DNA from: a candidate division WOR-3 bacterium | Lineage (GTDB): Bacteria; Hydrothermota; Tepidihabitantia; Tepidihabitantales; Tepidihabitantaceae | Length of the DNA stretch: 64,000 nucleotides | Direction: 5' to 3' | Assembly: GCA_039801245.1 (NCBI GenBank) | Contig: JBDRUF010000001.1 | Location: 170 to 64,169 of the forward strand | Part shown: positions 39,700-48,903 of the stretch, in pieces | How the letters are laid out: each line of letters opens with the position of its first letter | Position numbering within the stretch: position 1 is the stretch's first letter | Program-made: the position numbers and the translations under genes | Notes under the pieces: model-generated | The model's database searches: none | The model's input: only the letters and a program-made list of their open reading frames with translations | Told to the model about the DNA's origin: nothing

Positions 39700-40201
39700 A
39701 CTGGTGCGGATTGCGGTTTATGCGGCGCTGGCAATTGGTCTTTATACAGTTGACAATTTGCTGCCATTACCATTACCCTGGCTGCGTCTGGGTGTTGGCA
39801 ATTTGGGGATTGTTCTCGCGCTGATGGATGTCGGTGCTCTCGGCGCAATTGCGGTATTTTTCCTGAAACTTCTTTTGGGCTCAATCGTTGCTGGCAGGTT
39901 TCTGACCCCATTTTTCTTTTTTGCTCTTGCGGGTGGCGTCCTTGGTCTCGGGGCAATGATTGCGATTAAAACACTTGGCAGGGGTTTTTTCAGTGCGGTG
40001 GGAATCAGTTGTGCCGGTGGTGTTTTTCACAATATTGGTCAGTTGCTGGTCGCAAGGTTTTTACTTATTCCCAGTTCAGGTTTGTGGCTATTGGCACCGA
40101 TTGTTGTCCTTTTTGGGGTCATCAGCGGGACATTTATTGGCATCCTTGCCCGGCTGGTGCAGTTACGGCTGAGGGGTATGGAAGCGGTTGGACTTGATTA
40201 G
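39680..40201 (+). CDS. Gx transporter family protein (heptaprenyl diphosphate synthase component I-like membrane protein)
   Basis: Five TM helices with Gly-rich motifs LGSIVAGRF and GISCAGGVFHNIGQL. Overlaps the upstream gene. Confidence 0.55.
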   Translation: MMPSRDKLVRIAVYAALAIGLYTVDNLLPLPLPWLRLGVGNLGIVLALMDVGALGAIAVFFLKLLLGSIVAGRFLTPFFFFALAGGVLGLGAMIAIKTLGRGFFSAVGISCAGGVFHNIGQLLVARFLLIPSSGLWLLAPIVVLFGVISGTFIGILARLVQLRLRGMEAVGLD

Positions 40202-40237
40202 TGTTAACCAGATGGTTATAGTTGACCTAAGAAGATA

Positions 40238-40519
40238 ATGAGAAACAGACCAGTTTATGCGGGTGGACGCTCAATCGGACTTTTAATCATTGCGCTTGTT
40301 GTTGCTGGCGTTGCCGGTTCGGTCCTTTCCCATTTCCTCAGCGGGCTTTTTCCTGCCGGACCGGTCAGGGATTTCTTCTTCAAGTCGGTGCAGTTTGGTG
40401 TGCCCACATTTATCTTAAACCTTGGTTTTGCCTCAATTACCTTCGGGCTTTCGTTTGCCATTACCACCTTTGCAGTAATCCTGCTGCTCTTGGCAATTTA
40501 TCTCTGGTACCGCTTTTAA
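40238..40519 (+). CDS. Small membrane protein (DUF4321-like)
   Basis: 93 aa, two TM helices, last gene before the terminator. The family call is tentative. Confidence 0.35.
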   Translation: MRNRPVYAGGRSIGLLIIALVVAGVAGSVLSHFLSGLFPAGPVRDFFFKSVQFGVPTFILNLGFASITFGLSFAITTFAVILLLLAIYLWYRF

Positions 40520-40525
40520 AAATAA

Positions 40526-40556
40526 AGGGGGTCCGGTTGGACCCCCGATTTGTTTT
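40526..40556. terminator. Bidirectional rho-independent terminator between convergent genes
   Basis: gggggtcc-ggtt-ggaccccc is a perfect 8-bp GC stem. It is followed by gatttgttttt on the plus strand and by a T-rich run on the minus strand. Confidence 0.8.
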
Positions 40557-40565
40557 TCGCTCTTT

Positions 40566-43500
40566 TCAGTCTTGGATTATTACCTTTTCTGAGAGGATGT
40601 TCTTGCCGCTTCTCATTTTGACGAAGTAGACACCCGCTGGTGCGACCCTGCCTTTGTTTGTCCGCCGGTCCCAAATGATGTTGTGCCTGCCAGAGGCAAT
40701 CGTCCCATCAATAAGGGTGCGAATTAGGGTGCCGGTGGCGTCATAGACCTTTATCTGCACCTGACCGGAAGATGGCAGGGTGTAGGATATTTGCAGATTA
40801 CCACGGCTCGTGGGATTGGGATAAACGGTGAGTGTGAGTTCATTTGGCAGTTTGGTGTTTTCCGCCATTACACCTTCACGAGGAGGCACAGAACCGGTCA
40901 AAAGGAAGGAGTCGGTTTCCGGGCGGTATTCCCAGAACTCATACACCATTGAGCCTTTGAGACAGAAGATGGCGTCTGATGTTGCTGCGAGTGCGGCTCC
41001 CCGCTTGGGTTTACGGCGCTTGCCGGTGATCGAGAAGGGGATATCAGACCGCTGCACCCAGACATTGCCGCCACCAATCTGATAGCTCCAGAACTCCTGA
41101 CAGTTGCCTCCTTTTAGAACATAGAGGTTGTTGTCAAGGAAGGTGATGGCGCCACCATTTTTCACCCGGCGGTTACGGGTGCCTATCAGGGTGACCTCAT
41201 CCAACGGAATGGTGTGCCAGACATCAAGGGCAGGACGATATTTCCACACCTCGGTGGAGTTTGAACCTTTCAGGAGATAGATGATGCTATCGCCGTCATA
41301 GACCATATCGGTTCCAAAACGGCAGGTTTTTCTGTTGCCTGGATTATACGGCACATCAGGGCAGCGGAACCAGCTGTCCCTGGCGACATCAAACCTGAGG
41401 AAGGTGAGGGTGTTGCTACCGGTGGCGCAATAGACCGTTCCATTAGCACCTTGGGTCGGCACATAGGCGAGTGCGGCTCCCCGTTTGGGCGGACGGAAAC
41501 TAAAACCTTCAACCCTTACATTGGGCTTGATAATCCAGGAGTCAAGGGCAATGTCATAGAGATAGAAGTCGCCCGTTCCACCACCCTTGATTGCCCAGAT
41601 GCCGCCATTAGTTCCCTGGAATGGGTCAAATACCAGGTCGCAACCATCCTTGGGCTTTTTACCAGATGGGGCAAGGGGCATCCGTGAGAGCGAGTCCCAG
41701 GTGCCGGTGGCAGGGTCATAGCAGTAAAACTCGTTGCTATTGCCACCCTTGAGTGCGTAGAGTTTATTCGTGGTTGAGGCGTAGACCAGAGAGGCGTCTT
41801 TTACCTTCTTTCGCTGCGGACCAATCGGGATGTCCTCGCGCTGAACCCACGCAGATGCGAAGATGTTCTTGATGACAAAATTGTTTGCCGGATTGATATC
41901 GCCCGTCATCGCCACCGAGCAGACTGCCGTGAAGTTCCCTCTACCAGACCAAGGCGCGGGGAAGGTTAAGAGAGTCTCCCGTTCAGGTCTGAGCCCGGTA
42001 ACAAGGAGTGATTCGAGATACGTTCCAGGGGTGATTGAGAGATACACCATAATTGAGTCGCCAACAGTGCCGTAATTCTGAATCCTGACCTCCGGGTTTA
42101 AGGGCACAGGGAAGACATTGTATTCCGGTTTGACAATCTCAAGGGCAGCGGCATCGCGGAATTCACGATAGAGTTTTATCGCCCGACCTGATGTGAGCCG
42201 GTTGGCAGGGTCGTTGACCGCCAGGGACATCGGCGGTAAGGAGTAAAGGTAGTTGAGGCCAGCGGTGCCTTCCTTATTTTCCACACCGATTGAGGCGTTC
42301 TTCCCCTGGTCATATACCAGGCTGCCAGTTTCCACATCCTTGTACTGGAAGACGATGGTGCCGTTCTCGTTGAGGATTGCCTCAAAACTGACCAGGTTGG
42401 TCGTGTCCGTTCCCTTGACATTGACATTGTGCCAGATGACAACGAATTTCCGATTGGGCATTTCGCCGATCGTTTTGTAATAAACCCTGCTCGCCGAGGT
42501 GAGGACAAAGTCGCACCACCAGGGGTAGATGCCGGCGTTGGGGAGGCTGTCAATGGGCAGCCGTTTGGGATTGGGCGTGGCGGTATGGGGGTCAGGACCG
42601 AGCGAGAGCCAGCCGTTGGTGGTGACATAGCAGTTGTCATAGGTGGTGTCAGACCAACGGAATTTGAAACCGAGCGGGACGAAGAGGCGGTCATCATCAC
42701 CACGGGAGAAGACCACATTGAAGCCGGTGGTGTCAATCCAGTCATATACCGGACCATCGGTGGTGTCGGAGTCAATCCAGGCGTAGCCCGCAGGATGCCT
42801 GCCGGTATAGGCGCCTTTGAGGACATCAACGGTAAAGCGCTTGTCGTCGTTCTGGGGAACATCATCTGGAGATGCCAGGGTGCGCACGATGATTGAGCAG
42901 GTCTGACCGACAATTGGCACCCAGGTGTTGAAACTTACCCCAATCTCTTCGTTCGGGTTTATCTGGGCGATGTTGACACTGTCGTAATAGAGGAGGGCAT
43001 TTGCCGGGTCAAAGACCGAGCAGACAACCGGGACATAGTAAAGGGTGTTGGTGCCGAAGTTGTGGATATGGGCGGTGATTGGACAGGGGGCATCAAACGG
43101 TCGCTGGATAAACTCATAAAGGGGCTGTTCAATAAAGGTGACCCGCACATCATTGGCGCTCGGGGTAAGTGTTGAGTGATTGACTATCGCCCGCAGCATC
43201 AAGTCCCCAGGGGGTGTGTAGGGTGTAACCGTGCCACCACGGTGAAACTCCCAGTAGGCGCTTGGGTTGTTAAGGGAGTTGTCCGCACCAAGTTGAGGGC
43301 ATTCAGGCGGCTCGCCCACCTGCAGGTAAAAGAGATAAAATTCGTTGGGAACAACAATGTATTCCCCAATATCGGCAAGAAAGACCGAGTTCCAGCCTGA
43401 GGTGCCAGGGGTGGCATAAAGGACCGGGCTCTTATAGATAAATGGACCGGGGTTGCCGGCGCCATCATCAAGCGCAACCGCCAGTTGATAGCGGCAGTGG

Positions 43501-44552
43501 TTAGGGTTTGTGGGCGCATTCAAAAACACCCTGACCGATTCAATGTAAACCGGTCCCGTAGTAGAAAACTTGGCAGCCCAGCCGTAATGTCCAACCGGAT
43601 AGGAAAGATAGCGTGCGGGTGTGCCATCGTCATTAGCAATTTCCTCAAGGTTGGAAACGGTGAAGTTGCGCTCAAGGGTGTCGTTGCTCCGAATGTAGTC
43701 AGAGTCAGCAGCGGACCAGTACCTGATGGTGTAGTCGCCCGGGGTGAGTAAAATGGAGATGGAGTCAAAGTATACCAGTTGCTCACCGCCGTAAGAGGGG
43801 AGGTTGGGGATGGTGTCTATCCAACCCTGCACCGGATTACCGACATTGTCAAACAAACTGCAGACCACCGGGACATTGACCTGGTCCAAAAGACCGATGT
43901 TCTGGAAACGGGCATGGGGGACAAAGCCACCCGGCAGTTCGTAAAGGTGAGGCTCAACAATCTCAGAGCATTCAATGTCGTACTTCGGGATGGACTCACC
44001 GGTGACAACGACATCGTCAAAGAACCACCAGTTGATGTCAAACAGGTTGCCGTCATAAATCCACATAATCACGACGCTGTCCTGCCTTGCCGCATAGGTC
44101 AGTTCCAGCGACTCTAAGACACCGGGTCCAACATTCTGACCGTGGTAGTCACGCAAGAGATAGGGAAAGGTGTTGCCGCCGTCAATTGAATAGCGAATCT
44201 GGGCAACATAGGGGTTGTCAAGTTTGTGATAGAAATAGGTGCTGCAGTAGAGGACAACATTGCGGAAGTTTGAGCAGTCAATCATCGGCGAGACAAAGGC
44301 ATCAGGCGCCTGGTTCGGGTTTGGCTGCCAGAAGATTGCCGGATAAGGGCTGGGATGGTCGCTCCAGGGTGCGGCATTTGCCCCTTCCCGGTGCCAGTCA
44401 CAATAGCCCTTCGGGTTTAAGGTGTCATAGATTATCGTCCACCCTGCTGGTGGTGATTGGGGTGTCCAGGGCGAGTCAAATGTCTCCATCAAGAGGATGT
44501 CGGCAAAACCCAAGGTGGCGAAAACTGCCAGGCAGACAACCAAGGTTCTCAT
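40566..44552 (-). CDS. Large (1328 aa) secreted surface protein with Kelch-like beta-propeller repeats and T9SS C-terminal sorting domain
   Basis: Signal peptide MRTLVVCLAVFATLGFA. Repeats Y.LKGG.S.EF..Y.P..D.W. C-terminal YPNPTSRGNLQISYTLPSSGQVQIKVYDATGTLIRTL...GVYFVKM..G...EKVIIQD matches the T9SS CTD. Confidence 0.6.
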   Translation of the reverse strand: MRTLVVCLAVFATLGFADILLMETFDSPWTPQSPPAGWTIIYDTLNPKGYCDWHREGANAAPWSDHPSPYPAIFWQPNPNQAPDAFVSPMIDCSNFRNVVLYCSTYFYHKLDNPYVAQIRYSIDGGNTFPYLLRDYHGQNVGPGVLESLELTYAARQDSVVIMWIYDGNLFDINWWFFDDVVVTGESIPKYDIECSEIVEPHLYELPGGFVPHARFQNIGLLDQVNVPVVCSLFDNVGNPVQGWIDTIPNLPSYGGEQLVYFDSISILLTPGDYTIRYWSAADSDYIRSNDTLERNFTVSNLEEIANDDGTPARYLSYPVGHYGWAAKFSTTGPVYIESVRVFLNAPTNPNHCRYQLAVALDDGAGNPGPFIYKSPVLYATPGTSGWNSVFLADIGEYIVVPNEFYLFYLQVGEPPECPQLGADNSLNNPSAYWEFHRGGTVTPYTPPGDLMLRAIVNHSTLTPSANDVRVTFIEQPLYEFIQRPFDAPCPITAHIHNFGTNTLYYVPVVCSVFDPANALLYYDSVNIAQINPNEEIGVSFNTWVPIVGQTCSIIVRTLASPDDVPQNDDKRFTVDVLKGAYTGRHPAGYAWIDSDTTDGPVYDWIDTTGFNVVFSRGDDDRLFVPLGFKFRWSDTTYDNCYVTTNGWLSLGPDPHTATPNPKRLPIDSLPNAGIYPWWCDFVLTSASRVYYKTIGEMPNRKFVVIWHNVNVKGTDTTNLVSFEAILNENGTIVFQYKDVETGSLVYDQGKNASIGVENKEGTAGLNYLYSLPPMSLAVNDPANRLTSGRAIKLYREFRDAAALEIVKPEYNVFPVPLNPEVRIQNYGTVGDSIMVYLSITPGTYLESLLVTGLRPERETLLTFPAPWSGRGNFTAVCSVAMTGDINPANNFVIKNIFASAWVQREDIPIGPQRKKVKDASLVYASTTNKLYALKGGNSNEFYCYDPATGTWDSLSRMPLAPSGKKPKDGCDLVFDPFQGTNGGIWAIKGGGTGDFYLYDIALDSWIIKPNVRVEGFSFRPPKRGAALAYVPTQGANGTVYCATGSNTLTFLRFDVARDSWFRCPDVPYNPGNRKTCRFGTDMVYDGDSIIYLLKGSNSTEVWKYRPALDVWHTIPLDEVTLIGTRNRRVKNGGAITFLDNNLYVLKGGNCQEFWSYQIGGGNVWVQRSDIPFSITGKRRKPKRGAALAATSDAIFCLKGSMVYEFWEYRPETDSFLLTGSVPPREGVMAENTKLPNELTLTVYPNPTSRGNLQISYTLPSSGQVQIKVYDATGTLIRTLIDGTIASGRHNIIWDRRTNKGRVAPAGVYFVKMRSGKNILSEKVIIQD

Positions 44553-44653
44553 CTTAGCCTCCTTTTAAAATTTAAGGCCTTACTCCTTTAAATTTGTAAC
44601 CCAATGGTTGAGGAGTTGTTCCTCAACCCTGACCGTCTTCTACTTGCAACTGA

Positions 44654-44681
44654 ATTATACCGTTTGGTGATTCTTTGTCAA
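44654..44681 (-). promoter_or_regulatory. Consensus sigma-70 promoter (TTGACA-16-TATAAT) driving the 1328-aa protein gene
   Basis: Perfect hexamers on the minus strand. About 95-nt leader with ggaggctaag-ATG RBS. Confidence 0.6.
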
Positions 44682-45112
44682 TGATTTAATTGCAACAGTT
44701 CCGTCCGTTCCCACCGCTGTTCCCTGACCAGGGCAACGAGGGGTTCTGCCCGAAGGATAGCCCTGGTTACTCTGAGGTAAGGGGTTAGGTAGTTTATCTG
44801 CGAGGCAATCTGCAAAATAGCAGTGACGGGGAAATAAGGGGCAGGTTTCAGGGCGCTCTTCAGGAGAGCCGGCATCACCGCCCTTAATCCTCAATCCCAG
44901 TGAGCCTTATAAGCCGTCTCTAACACCGCAATGGGAATGGTCGGGCAAATCACCCTGGTTGCCGCTATCAAGACCCAATTCCGGGCCGTGTCCAAAACCG
45001 CTTAGGGGACGGTCTCCCAGCAAAATTTGTTTTTGTGTTAAGTTGCGAAATTGCGATGGATAGGTTAAAATATCAGGGTTGTAATTTGTTTATGTTTATA
45101 TAAACTTAGCCA

Positions 45113-46120
45113 ATGGCACTTGCCCGTGACATCTTTGCCCAGTTGCGGAGTCTGCGGCTCAAGGCAAATCTTACCCAGGAGCAGGTTGCCGGTGCGCTTG
45201 GTCTCAAAGGGAAAAACAGAAGGAGTTTTATCTGCCAGTTGGAGAGAGGGGATATTGCCAATCCATCCTTGAAACTCATCCTTGACTATCTGCGTGCCTG
45301 TAGAGCAACGCCTGAAGACCTAAAAAACATCTTTGCAAACTACCTTTCCGAGCCTTTGCCGGTTCCGGAGAAGAAGGGCCGGGGACCAAGACCGAAAGAA
45401 AAGGATTTGCAGGTTGAGAGGATGCGACAGGCTGCGGCAATGGTGGGTTTAATCCAGAAACTTGAGATGGCGATTCACAATGAACTTAACCGGCTAAAAG
45501 TCGCTCCGTTCAGTTCTGTGCGCAGGAATGCGGTCAGGTTCTGCCGGGGTTTACTGCGCATCCTTGTCCAGGAGGAAAAGGGGCAGGGAACCAGTCTTGA
45601 AAAGAGGGTGGAGAGGCTAAAGAAAAGGCAGAGGGAAAAGGGTGTGCCCGAGGAGCTTTTAGAGCACCTGCAGGGTGTTGTTGCCCAGGTTTTTATCGGT
45701 CTGAAAAAGGCGGGGGAACTTGACAGGTTGCCGACGATAGAGGAGGCGGAAAGGGTATTGGTGCGCCCGGCAAGGAAAAGGGTTGTCAGTGATGAGTGGC
45801 TGTGCCGTTATGAGATGCAACAGGAGCGGTTAAAGGAGCTAAAGGAGTTTGAGAGGCGTTCGGCACCGATAATTGCGGGTGCGCTCAGGTTTTTGAGTCA
45901 GCAGGGTGTTTCTGGTTCAGATTTGGCTAACTACCGGGGGTTTATCAACAGTTTCTTAAACCTGGCGCGGCTCTATCCGCCCGATTCTGAGGAGCGGAGA
46001 AAAAGGGTTGAGTATAACCTAAAGACCTGTGCCCGCCCCAAACACAACCCCATCCTTCTCCGCAAACTCGCCCGGTTCATATTTGAGAAGTGGGATGGGG
46101 AAAAGCATTTTGCCGGTTGA
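45113..46120 (+). CDS. XRE-type HTH domain protein of unknown function; 3' end remodelled by a cassette insertion
   Basis: N-terminal LKANLTQEQVAGALGL...SFICQLERGD HTH. The C-terminus ...LARFIFEKWDGEKHFAG lies inside direct repeat 1. Confidence 0.5.
   Translation: MALARDIFAQLRSLRLKANLTQEQVAGALGLKGKNRRSFICQLERGDIANPSLKLILDYLRACRATPEDLKNIFANYLSEPLPVPEKKGRGPRPKEKDLQVERMRQAAAMVGLIQKLEMAIHNELNRLKVAPFSSVRRNAVRFCRGLLRILVQEEKGQGTSLEKRVERLKKRQREKGVPEELLEHLQGVVAQVFIGLKKAGELDRLPTIEEAERVLVRPARKRVVSDEWLCRYEMQQERLKELKEFERRSAPIIAGALRFLSQQGVSGSDLANYRGFINSFLNLARLYPPDSEERRKRVEYNLKTCARPKHNPILLRKLARFIFEKWDGEKHFAG
46067..46099. repeat. 33-bp perfect direct repeat, copy 1 (ctcgcccggttcatatttgagaagtgggatggg)
   Basis: Identical to copy 2 at 46799-46831. 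The two copies flank the MNT/HEPN pair. Confidence 0.85.
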
Positions 46121-46150
46121 CATTATAGCCCATCCCCGTATTATTAGATA

Positions 46151-46441
46151 ATGGATGTCAAATCACTGGTATTCGCCCGGCGCAAGGAGATTCTTGCCAT
46201 CTGCGAGCGGTATGGTGCACGCAATGTCCGTATTTTTGGCTCGGTTGCCCGTGGGGATGCGAGACCGGAAAGCGATGTTGACATCATCGTCCAATTTGAG
46301 CCGGGGAGAACCCTGCTTGACCATGCCGCGCTACTTTTGGAGTTGCGCAACCTCCTGGGGATAAATGTTGATGTCATCACCGAGCGCGGTCTGCGCCCCC
46401 GTATCCGCGAACGGGTTCTGCAGGAAGCAGTAGCCCTGTGA
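46151..46441 (+). CDS. Nucleotidyltransferase antitoxin (MntA-type)
   Basis: GSVARGDARPESDVDIIV Pol-beta-type NTase motif. 96 aa. Confidence 0.8.
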   Translation: MDVKSLVFARRKEILAICERYGARNVRIFGSVARGDARPESDVDIIVQFEPGRTLLDHAALLLELRNLLGINVDVITERGLRPRIRERVLQEAVAL

Positions 46442-46779
46442 GAAGCGACCGCGAACGGCTCCTTGATATCCTTGAGGCAATTGACAGCATTGAGCGCTAT
46501 ACCATTCAGGGCAGATCTGAGTTTGACCGCAGTGAACTCATCCAGACCTGGGTTGTTCATCATCTGCAGATAATCGGAGAGGCCGCGGCAAAACTCTCAT
46601 CGGCGTTCAGAAATGAACACCCAGAAATTCCCTGGACAGCAATTATCGCTATGCGCAATATCTTGATTCACGACTATTTCGGTATTGATACTGAAGAGGT
46701 ATGGGCAACGGTTGAGCGCGACCTGCCCGACCTCAAATCAAAGGTCAAAGCCATTCTTGAAACTCTACCCCGAGACTGA
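46438..46779 (+). CDS. HEPN-domain toxin (HepT/DUF86-type)
   Basis: R-x4-H-x-Y motif MRNILIHDY. GTGA overlap with the antitoxin gene. Confidence 0.8.
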   Translation: MRSDRERLLDILEAIDSIERYTIQGRSEFDRSELIQTWVVHHLQIIGEAAAKLSSAFRNEHPEIPWTAIIAMRNILIHDYFGIDTEEVWATVERDLPDLKSKVKAILETLPRD

Positions 46780-46798
46780 TAGTCTCCTTCACCAACAC

Positions 46799-46831
46799 CT
46801 CGCCCGGTTCATATTTGAGAAGTGGGATGGG
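46799..46831. repeat. 33-bp perfect direct repeat, copy 2
   Basis: Also encodes ...LARFIFEKWDGQRQG* in frame, i.e. the displaced original 3' end of the HTH gene. Confidence 0.85.
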
Positions 46832-46896
46832 CAAAGACAAGGGTAAAATTTGAGATGCCAGTTTTTTCTGAGAGCGAAAAAGGAGTGCGTGATAGA

Positions 46897-46925
46897 TTGA
46901 CAGTCAGGGTCGTTTGGGGATAATT
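46897..46925 (+). promoter_or_regulatory. Putative promoter for prfA-prmC (TTGACA-17-ATAATT)
   Basis: Located about 65 nt upstream of the prfA ATG. Confidence 0.45.
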
Positions 46926-46989
46926 AAGTGTGAAAGTATTGGTCTGGCAGGATTTTTGTAGCCCCCTTTAGGTTCAATTAATATAATCT

Positions 46990-48060
46990 ATGGCTTTGGC
47001 TTTTAAGGAACTTAAGAGTAGGTTTGAGCCTTTGCGGCAGCGGCAGGCTGAACTGGAGAAAATGCTGCAGGAGCCCGGGCTCCTTTCTGATGTCAATCGG
47101 CTCCAGGAGATAACCCGCGAGCACCGAAGGTTGAGCGCCCTTCTTAACAGGTTGCAGGAGTATGAGCGGCTGGAGAAGGAGTTGCAGGATTTAGAGGAGA
47201 TGGCGCGGAGTGCGACAGAGCCAGAGTTAAGGGTGATGGCAGAGGAGGAGGCAAAAACAGTCAAAGAGCGACTGGTGAGGTTGTCTCGGGAACTGGAGGA
47301 GGCGACGCTTCCGAAACCGCCGGAATGGGAAAAGGGGTGCATCGTTGAGATAAGGGCGGCTGCAGGTGGCGAGGAGGCGGCGCTCTTTGCCGCTGACCTT
47401 TTCAAGATGTACTCAAAGTTTGCCGAGCGGCAGGGTCTCCAGATAGAGGTGCTTTCCTCGCGACCGAGCGACCTGGGTGGATTCAAGGAGATTATCTTTG
47501 CGGTTGAGGGGCAGTTGCCATACCGGTATTTCCGGTTTGAGAGCGGTGTTCACCGGGTGCAGAGGGTGCCCAAAACCGAGGCATCAGGCAGGGTTCATAC
47601 TTCAACCGTAACCGTGGCGGTTCTCTTGGAGCAGGAGGAGTATGAGCTGAAGGTAAATCCGGATGAGATTCAGATGGAGACATTTCGGGCGGGCGGTCAT
47701 GGCGGGCAGAATGTTAATAAGGTCAGTTCCGCGGTGCGTTTGACCCATCTGCCAACCGGAATTACAGTGGTGTGTCAGGATGAAAGGTCTCAGGCACGGA
47801 ACCGGGCAAAGGCGATGAAGGTGTTGCTGGCGAGGCTGGGGGAGATGAAAAGGCAGGAGGAGATGGCAAGGACAACCGCGACCAGAAGGAAGCAGATTGG
47901 GACCGGGGAGCGGAGCGAGAAGATTAGGACATACAACTTTCCCCAGAATCGGGTTACCGACCACCGGATTGGATTTTCTCTTTATAATCTGGATGCGGTG
48001 CTTGAGGGTGAGATGGAGCCATTGTTTGCGGCGTTAGAGAAGGCGGAGGCGGCTTTGTGA
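46990..48060 (+). CDS. prfA: Peptide chain release factor 1
   Basis: GGQ ([13 protein letters not shown]) and the RF1 PxT tripeptide region ([20 protein letters not shown]). Confidence 0.93.
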   Translation: MALAFKELKSRFEPLRQRQAELEKMLQEPGLLSDVNRLQEITREHRRLSALLNRLQEYERLEKELQDLEEMARSATEPELRVMAEEEAKTVKERLVRLSRELEEATLPKPPEWEKGCIVEIRAAAGGEEAALFAADLFKMYSKFAERQGLQIEVLSSRPSDLGGFKEIIFAVEGQLPYRYFRFESGVHRVQRVPKTEASGRVHTSTVTVAVLLEQEEYELKVNPDEIQMETFRAGGHGGQNVNKVSSAVRLTHLPTGITVVCQDERSQARNRAKAMKVLLARLGEMKRQEEMARTTATRRKQIGTGERSEKIRTYNFPQNRVTDHRIGFSLYNLDAVLEGEMEPLFAALEKAEAAL

Positions 48061-48902
48061 GCGGGTGTCTGGTTAAGAGGGGAGGTTTGACCATAAGGGA
48101 GGTTTTGCAAGAGGCGCGGTTGATAATTCCTCTCGCTGAGGCGGAGTATCTGGCGATGGGGCTTTTCGGTTTGAGCCGTGTCGAACTGTATCTTTCCGAG
48201 CGGCGGTTAACACCAAAAGAGGAGAGGAGGTTTTTCTCTCTTGTAGGAAAGGCAAGGGAGGGGATGCCGGTTCAGTATCTGGTCAATTCAGCACCTTTTC
48301 TTGATTTGGACATATATGTTGACAGGCGGGTTTTTATCCCCAGACCGGAAACCGAGGAGCTGGTCTTGCGGGCGAGCGCCAGGGTGAGGGAACCGAAAGT
48401 GATTTTGGATTACGGGACCGGTTCAGGTTGTATTGCCATTGCCTTGGCGCGGTTGTTTCCTGATGCTACTGTTTTCGGGGTTGACGCATCAGGGTCGGCA
48501 TTGCAGGTTGCGAAGATTAACATCCGGCGTTATCATTTAGAGAATCGGGTTCGTTTGCTATGGGCAACCAGTTTGCGCTCGGAGTTGTTCAGGGCTTTTC
48601 ATAACCGGGTTGACCTCTTAATCTCCAATCCACCATATATTCCTAAAGCGAGATTGGCAAGGTTGCCTTTGACGGTGCGCGAGTATGAGCCGCGGATTGC
48701 CCTGGATGGCGGCGAGGATGGAATCGAGGTGATAACTATGATTTGGGAGTGCGGGCAGGAGTTGCTCAAGCCTGGTGGGCTCTTGGCGGTTGAGATTGAT
48801 GCCAGCCAGGGTGAATATGTTCAGGAGAGATTTGCCAAAGCAGAGGTGGAATTTGATGTCTATGGCAGGGTGCGGTATCTGTTCTGGCAGAAGGGAGGGT
48901 AG
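48057..48902 (+). CDS. prmC: Release factor glutamine methyltransferase PrmC/HemK
   Basis: NPPY motif ([10 protein letters not shown]) and SAM-binding [12 protein letters not shown]. Overlaps the prfA stop. Confidence 0.85.
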   Translation: MSGCLVKRGGLTIREVLQEARLIIPLAEAEYLAMGLFGLSRVELYLSERRLTPKEERRFFSLVGKAREGMPVQYLVNSAPFLDLDIYVDRRVFIPRPETEELVLRASARVREPKVILDYGTGSGCIAIALARLFPDATVFGVDASGSALQVAKINIRRYHLENRVRLLWATSLRSELFRAFHNRVDLLISNPPYIPKARLARLPLTVREYEPRIALDGGEDGIEVITMIWECGQELLKPGGLLAVEIDASQGEYVQERFAKAEVEFDVYGRVRYLFWQKGG

Positions 48903-48903
48903 G

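Noticed and set aside
44700-45040. Attempted assignment of the GC-rich block as RNase P RNA, tmRNA, SRP RNA or a cobalamin riboswitch
   Set aside because: There are partial resemblances: GAGGTAAGGG, CCAGTGAGC and an ACCTGCC-like 3' element on the opposite strand. The P4 GGAAAGUCCGGGC core, the tmRNA tRNA-like ends and the B12 box are all absent. The candidate is kept only as an unclassified ncRNA finding.
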